DNA of 64,000 nucleotides from an uncultured Gemmatimonadaceae bacterium (GTDB lineage Bacteria; Gemmatimonadota; Gemmatimonadetes; Gemmatimonadales; Gemmatimonadaceae): NCBI GenBank assembly GCA_963740355.1, contig CAVUDW010000002.1, positions 1,568,001 to 1,632,000 of the forward strand, read 5' to 3'. Shown piece by piece: positions 58,988 to 64,000 of this stretch (position 1 is its first letter; each line of letters starts with the position of its first letter). The notes under the pieces were generated by a model. It saw only the letters and a program-made list of their open reading frames with translations, ran no database searches and was not told where the DNA came from. The position numbers and the translations under genes were made by a program.

Positions 58988-60045
58988 TGCGGTTGACTGA
59001 CCGCCGAGACGCGGAACCCGCGGCTGGTTCGCGTGAACCGGAGCCCGCGTGCAGCGCTCAGATCGGCGAGTACACGTTCCAGCGAGGGGGCCTCCGCATA
59101 GAAAAATGTGACCGTTGACTCCGCAGCGACGCCGCGCTCGAGTACGATCTCGACGCCAGTGCGGCGCTCGAGATCGGCCAGGACGTCGCCCAGCGATTCA
59201 TTCACGGCAGACAGCCCCCCAGTGCGCCAACTGGTGGCCTGGGTGATGCTCGCCACCTTGCGTCGCTCGGCAGCGCCGCTGACACCGATCACCGCTGCGT
59301 CCCCCGCAGCCAGTGTGAGCGCGACCGCTGTGCCGACGCGCCCCTCCACGCTGACGCGGCCCTCCTCCACCAGAACGCGCGTTCCTGAACTGGCCGTCGC
59401 TGACCGAACGTCGAAGTGCGTGCCGAGCACTCGCACGACGGCGTCGCCGGTCATCACGGTGAATGGTCGTCCGTCGCGAGCGACATCAAAGAATGCCTCG
59501 CCTGAAAGCTGCACATCGCGCACGGGGAGCTGAGCGCCGAACCAGGCGCGGAAGCCTCGCGCCACGCGCAGCTCAGAGCCGGGTGCCAACGTCACGGTCG
59601 ATCCATCGACGAGCATCATGGTTTTCGGAGCTGCACCAGCAACGACGGCGTGTCGCTCCGGAACGGATTGCCATAGCCCGGCACCGCCAAGAAGTACGGC
59701 AAGCGTCGCGGCAACTCGCCACGCTGTCACACTGAACCGTCGAGCGAACGGGTGCGGTTCCCGGGTGTTCCGAAACAGGGCATTGGTGCGACGCGCAACG
59801 ACGCCCTCATCTGGCAGAACGGCAATCGGCGGCGCTTCCACGGTGAGGGAGCGCTCCGGGTCGTGGATACGCGCAGCCACGCGTTGCCAGGCGGCCTCAC
59901 GACGGGTGCGGCTCTCCGCATCGTCGGGGTGCGCTTCTGCCGACGGCAAGGCGTTCCAGAGCTCACCGAGCGCGGCTCCGTCGGTGCGTTGTTCAAGCGC
60001 TTCACGGAGCGCCGATGGAACCGGGGTGCGCGGAGAGTTCGTCAT
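58984..60045 (-). CDS. FecR-family anti-sigma factor
   Basis: TM helix; LVDGSTVTLAPGS, LSGEAFFDVARDGRPF, VLGTHF and SWRTG. Confidence 0.92.
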   Translation of the reverse strand: MTNSPRTPVPSALREALEQRTDGAALGELWNALPSAEAHPDDAESRTRREAAWQRVAARIHDPERSLTVEAPPIAVLPDEGVVARRTNALFRNTREPHPFARRFSVTAWRVAATLAVLLGGAGLWQSVPERHAVVAGAAPKTMMLVDGSTVTLAPGSELRVARGFRAWFGAQLPVRDVQLSGEAFFDVARDGRPFTVMTGDAVVRVLGTHFDVRSATASSGTRVLVEEGRVSVEGRVGTAVALTLAAGDAAVIGVSGAAERRKVASITQATSWRTGGLSAVNESLGDVLADLERRTGVEIVLERGVAAESTVTFFYAEAPSLERVLADLSAARGLRFTRTSRGFRVSAVSQPQ

Positions 60046-60641
60046 GACAGCATCCAGGACAATGAGGCAACGAGGGCGCCGCTCAGTTGCTGACGCAGAA
60101 ATGCGAGGGCCGCGACGAGATGATTGTTCACCGTGCGCGGGGCGCATCCCATCACGTCGGCCACTTCATCGTGCGACAGTCCCTCGATGCGCGACAAGGT
60201 GATTGCTTCACGCTGCCGAGCGGGAAGGGCCGCGATGAGGCGTGTCAACTCTTCGCCCAGTTCGAGCGCCGCGAGATGCTCGCCTGGCGCGACCGCCGCC
60301 TGCGGGATCACGGCGGTCCCGACGAGGCTTACATCATCGAGCAGGCGCTGTCGCGTGCGATCGTCACGCAGATGGTTGAGCGAGAGGTTGCGCACGATGC
60401 GGTAGAGGTAGGCGCGGAGCGGTTGGTCGGGAGCGAGCGAGCTGCGGCGATCCCAGGTGCGGACGAACGCCTCCTGCACGAGATCTTCGGCCGCCGTGAC
60501 GTCTCGCACGATCCCCAGCGCGAAACGCACGAGGGGGTCGTAGAGGCCGTCGAAGAGGGTCCGGAAGGCGCGTTCGTCGCCCGCCTGAATCGGCCCGGCC
60601 AGTTGGCCGAAAGGATCGGGAGGCGCAGGTGGGGTCGTCAT
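60042..60641 (-). CDS. ECF RNA polymerase sigma-70 factor (FecI-like)
   Basis: AEDLVQEAFVRTW, YLYRIVRNLSLNHLR and LPARQREA..LSRIEGLSHDEVA; ATGA overlap with fecR-like gene. Confidence 0.94.
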   Translation of the reverse strand: MTTPPAPPDPFGQLAGPIQAGDERAFRTLFDGLYDPLVRFALGIVRDVTAAEDLVQEAFVRTWDRRSSLAPDQPLRAYLYRIVRNLSLNHLRDDRTRQRLLDDVSLVGTAVIPQAAVAPGEHLAALELGEELTRLIAALPARQREAITLSRIEGLSHDEVADVMGCAPRTVNNHLVAALAFLRQQLSGALVASLSWMLS

Positions 60642-60650
60642 CACTCGTAT

Positions 60651-60678
60651 GAACACGCAAGATGAGGGGCATGACCAG
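60651..60678 (-). promoter_or_regulatory. Putative autoregulatory ECF promoter
   Basis: Minus strand CTGGTCATGC-N10-GCGTGTTC ending 9 bp before the ATG. Confidence 0.65.
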
Positions 60679-60783
60679 TGCTGGGGCGTTTGGGCATGCC
60701 CAGAAATCCCTCCATTCGGTCGAGAGCCGCAACCGCTTCCCTCGAAACTGGACAGCCATCAGCCCCGCCGCTACGCTTTCGGC

Positions 60784-62307
60784 ATGGTCACAAAATCAGC
60801 GGACTGCGGAGCTCGCCGGGCTCTTGTAGCGCGCCGATTGTCGGTTCTTCTGGCGGCCCTGCTTGCGGCGCTTCCGCATTCCGTGGCCAACGCGCAATCG
60901 CCGACCTCCCGCACCGGACAGGCTTCCGCGGTTACGGGCATCGTTTACGACAGCATCGCGCAACATCCGCTGGCGTCCGCACGCGTCGAACTGGTCAACG
61001 CGGACAACCCTGCCGCGCCTTCCAAGAGCATCGAGACCGATACGCTCGGCCGTTTTCGCTTCGATGATGTCGCACCGGGTCGGTACCTGATTGGATTCCT
61101 GCATCCGATCCTCGACTCGATCGGTGTCGAGCGCGCTCCACGTGCGTTGAAGGTCAATGGCAAGGAGCCGGCGATACGAATCGATCTCGCATTGCCGTCG
61201 CCGCAGTCGTTACGGACTGCCATCTGCGGCACCACCGCCGTCAAGGACTCGGCTTCACTGATCATCGGCGTGGTCCGCGACGCTGGCACTCGCGAGGCCG
61301 TACCGTCGTCGATCGTTGACGTGCGCTGGGCTGACTTCGTCCTCGGGTCTGGTGGGCTCAGGCGGAATACCGAGCACCGCACCTTCGTGACACAGGAGAC
61401 CGGCTGGTACTCACTCTGCGGCGCACCGGCCGGTGGCAGCATCGTGCTCTCGGCGTCGCATGATGCTGAGCGCACCGAGGCACTCGAACTCGAAATGCCA
61501 TCCGGTGGGTTCCTGCGCCGCGACCTCTACTTCGGTGTTGCGCACAGTGCCCAAGACGACAGCACCGTCGGTGGCAGGCCTGCGGTGGCCGACACTCTGA
61601 TTTCACCGGCAACGCCCCGTCGCACCGGTGATGGTCGCCTGAGTGGCGTCGTCGTGACAGCGGCAGGCGGGCGGACATTGCCTGGATCAAGCGTGACCAT
61701 CTCGAATGGCCCTCAGGCGCGCTCTGATGCGAACGGAGCCTTTTCCCTGAGCGGAATTCCGACCGGCACGCGGATGCTCGAGGTCCGGGCGGTGGGATAC
61801 TCTCCCTTGGTACTGCCCGTCGACGTCGTCGATGGCGCTCTGCCACTACGTCTCGCGCTGGTGTCGTTGAAGGCCGTCCTCGACACCGTGAAGGTGCGCG
61901 CGAATCTCCTCGGCAATCGTGACATGGAAGGCTTCGACAGGCGGCGCAAGCACTCCGGCGCGAACGGGCGCTTCATGACGACGGAGGATATCGCGCGGCG
62001 CAATCCGGTCGAGGCAGCTGACATCTTTCGATCGATGCCCGGCATCCTGATCGCACGGGACCCGGACTACAAGGAGATCTTGGCGCAGCGCAATTTCTTC
62101 ATCAATCTCTTCAACGGCGGTGGGCCATTCTGCCGTGTCTCGGTGTTCGTCAACGGCATTCGCCTGAATGATCCGACCGTCGACGCGCTCAACGGCTACC
62201 TCCGTGTGAACACGCTGCTTGGCATCGAGGTTTATTCGGGCGCCACCGCACCGCCTGAGTTCTCGAAGCGAGACGGGTGTGGGAGCGTCGTGATCTGGAC
62301 GAAGTGA
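60784..62307 (+). CDS. Secreted protein with three carboxypeptidase-regulatory-like domains and a C-terminal TonB-plug-like domain
   Basis: Repeated G.V.D......L..A.V / TD..G.F units; ends GIEVYSG...PPEF....CGSVVIWTK. Confidence 0.75.
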   Translation: MVTKSADCGARRALVARRLSVLLAALLAALPHSVANAQSPTSRTGQASAVTGIVYDSIAQHPLASARVELVNADNPAAPSKSIETDTLGRFRFDDVAPGRYLIGFLHPILDSIGVERAPRALKVNGKEPAIRIDLALPSPQSLRTAICGTTAVKDSASLIIGVVRDAGTREAVPSSIVDVRWADFVLGSGGLRRNTEHRTFVTQETGWYSLCGAPAGGSIVLSASHDAERTEALELEMPSGGFLRRDLYFGVAHSAQDDSTVGGRPAVADTLISPATPRRTGDGRLSGVVVTAAGGRTLPGSSVTISNGPQARSDANGAFSLSGIPTGTRMLEVRAVGYSPLVLPVDVVDGALPLRLALVSLKAVLDTVKVRANLLGNRDMEGFDRRRKHSGANGRFMTTEDIARRNPVEAADIFRSMPGILIARDPDYKEILAQRNFFINLFNGGGPFCRVSVFVNGIRLNDPTVDALNGYLRVNTLLGIEVYSGATAPPEFSKRDGCGSVVIWTK

Positions 62308-62320
62308 GCGGGCATTGCGC

Positions 62321-62490
62321 GTAATCCGGGGGCAATCCGGTGACAGGGGGCAATCCGGTGACAGTGCACTCAATTCGGGTGCAATCCTTTGGGTGCAATC
62401 CGGTGACAGTGCACTCAATTCTTTGAATTGAGTGCACTGTCACCGGATTGCTGTCACCGGATTGCGTGAGTGCACTGTCACCGGATTGCC
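62321..62490. repeat. REP/REPIN-like palindromic cluster, family B (GCAATCCGGTGACAGTGCACTCAATTC)
   Basis: Perfect 27-bp inverted repeat 62395-62421 / 62425-62451 with TTT loop, flanked by direct partial copies on the left and inverted copies on the right. Confidence 0.88.
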
Positions 62491-62623
62491 GGGCGGTGCG
62501 GCGCCTGCGAGCCGCGGCAGGGCCGCCGCCGCCCTACGAGGGAACCGATTCTCAACGCGGCCGCCCATCCCGTGCGTAGCAGTCCACTTGCCCGGTCCTT
62601 TCCACCTTCGACCGTCTCCGCCC

Positions 62624-64000
62624 ATGCTGCGCCTCCCACGCACGGTTCTGCTCACCACCCTCACGCTGGCGGCGGCGTCGCTGCCGGCGCAGTCACGCGG
62701 CCTGAGCGACGCCGATCTCCTCCGCATGCAGGCCGTTGGCGGTGTCGCGATCGCTCCGGCTGGGGATCGCATCCTCTATACGGTCACCGCCTGGGAGCAC
62801 CCGAACGCCAAGGCTGATACGGTGCTCGGCGACAAGCATGACCGGCGCTCGCACGTCTGGATCGTGCCGTTTGCCGGTGGCACACCACGACAGCTGACCT
62901 TCGGCGAGCGCGGTGAGACGCAGCCGGCATGGTCGCCAGACGGCCGGACGATCGCCTTCGTGTCGGCGCGCGGCGCGGGCACTGGCGACGAAGCGCCGAA
63001 GCCGCAGGTCTGGATGCTGCCGGCTGATGGCGGCGAGGCGCGGCAGGTCACCACGCTGCGCGACGGCGTGGTGGCGTTTGCCTGGTCGCCCGATGCGAGC
63101 CGCATTGCCGTCGTCACTCCGGACACTCTCTCGCGTGAGCAGGAAGCGCGCACCCGCCGCCGCGACGACGCCAAGGTGTACGAGAGCGACTTCCGCCTCA
63201 ACCAGCTCTGGGTGGTCACCGTTGCGTCCGGTGCCGCGACCAAGGTGACGTCCGGCGCCTTCACCGTGCGTGGTGCACCGTCCTGGTCACCAGACGGCAC
63301 ACGCCTCGCATTCGACGCGTCGCCGACACCGATGATCCGTGATGAGCGCCGTGATGCCTACGTGGTCGATGTTGCGTCGCGGCGCCTCGATCCCGTGACG
63401 ACCGGCCACGATGCGCAGAGCACGCCGCAATTCTCACCGGACGGCAAGACGCTCGTCTTCACGTCGCTCCCCAGTGAGTTCAAGGCACACGGCGACAGCA
63501 TCAGCGCGCGCACTTTGCGCAACGATCGGCTGGTGACGTACGACCTCGCCACGCGCACCCTCACCAATCATGCACAGCCGACATTCGACGTCAGCGTCGG
63601 ACAGCCGCGGTGGTCGGCGGACGGCTCCTCGATCTGGTTTTCGTCCAGTGATCGCGTCTACAACACGATCTACAGCTACACGATCGCGACCAAGCGCTAC
63701 GCCGCGACGACGAAGGACCTGATGGTGCAGGGAATGAGCGCCAGTCGTGACGGATCGAAGATGGCGTTCGTGATCGACTCGCCGAGCTGGCCGAGCGAGG
63801 TGTATGTGCAGGACGCGTCGTTGCCGCAGCCGAAGCGGATCACGACCACCAACGCATGGCTGAGCGAGCGTTCCCTTGGCGAGACGCGCCTGATCTCGTG
63901 GAAGTCGAGCGACGGCAAGCCGGTGGAAGGCATCCTGCTGCTGCCGGTTGGTTATCGCGAAGGGACGCGGGTGCCGACGATCGTGTCGGCGCATGGTGGC
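62624..64000 (+). CDS. S9-family (prolyl oligopeptidase/acylaminoacyl) peptidase, truncated by the window end
   Basis: Read by hand because it is absent from the ORF track: MLRLPRTVLLTTL signal; PAWSPDG/PSWSPDG/PQFSPDG propeller repeats; ends ..DGKPVEGILLLP...VSAHGG. Confidence 0.88.
   Translation, partial: MLRLPRTVLLTTLTLAAASLPAQSRGLSDADLLRMQAVGGVAIAPAGDRILYTVTAWEHPNAKADTVLGDKHDRRSHVWIVPFAGGTPRQLTFGERGETQPAWSPDGRTIAFVSARGAGTGDEAPKPQVWMLPADGGEARQVTTLRDGVVAFAWSPDASRIAVVTPDTLSREQEARTRRRDDAKVYESDFRLNQLWVVTVASGAATKVTSGAFTVRGAPSWSPDGTRLAFDASPTPMIRDERRDAYVVDVASRRLDPVTTGHDAQSTPQFSPDGKTLVFTSLPSEFKAHGDSISARTLRNDRLVTYDLATRTLTNHAQPTFDVSVGQPRWSADGSSIWFSSSDRVYNTIYSYTIATKRYAATTKDLMVQGMSASRDGSKMAFVIDSPSWPSEVYVQDASLPQPKRITTTNAWLSERSLGETRLISWKSSDGKPVEGILLLPVGYREGTRVPTIVSAHGG

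Noticed and set aside
62321..62490. CRISPR array or tRNA-like structure
   Set aside because: Copies are inverted and nested with no unique spacers; no cloverleaf or T-loop consensus

Overview
A GC-rich, gene-dense bacterial chromosomal segment. It is probably from Gemmatimonadota; this is an inference from the Big_2/carboxypeptidase-regulatory surface proteins, the Ser/Thr kinase and the overall gene style. The window opens with the 3' half of a type VI secretion cluster (tssE-F-G-H, vgrG, DUF6931-like gene, PAAR). Convergent with it is a Ser/Thr kinase paired with an Ig-repeat/beta-propeller gene. Next is a small islet, the most unusual part of the window, encoding a Cys-cluster protein, a stand-alone ADP-ribosyl-cyclase-like (NADase) protein and a divergent, lower-GC YopT/C58-like cysteine protease. 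The rest holds an oxidative L-fucose utilisation operon with a divergent unknown glycoside-hydrolase-like gene, ArsR-SRPBCC and TetR-AKR modules, a TonB-dependent receptor and a PhoX-like/di-heme peroxidase pair. It also holds an FHA-lytic transglycosylase fusion, an AAC(2')-like GNAT, an RND efflux pump, surface lipoproteins, ggt, an ECF sigma-FecR-TBDR-fasciclin module with a shared promoter motif, and a truncated S9 peptidase. Two families of REP-like palindromic repeats occur in intergenic DNA. No rRNA, tRNA, CRISPR array or transposase was recognised. All family calls come from reading motifs by eye, with no database searches.
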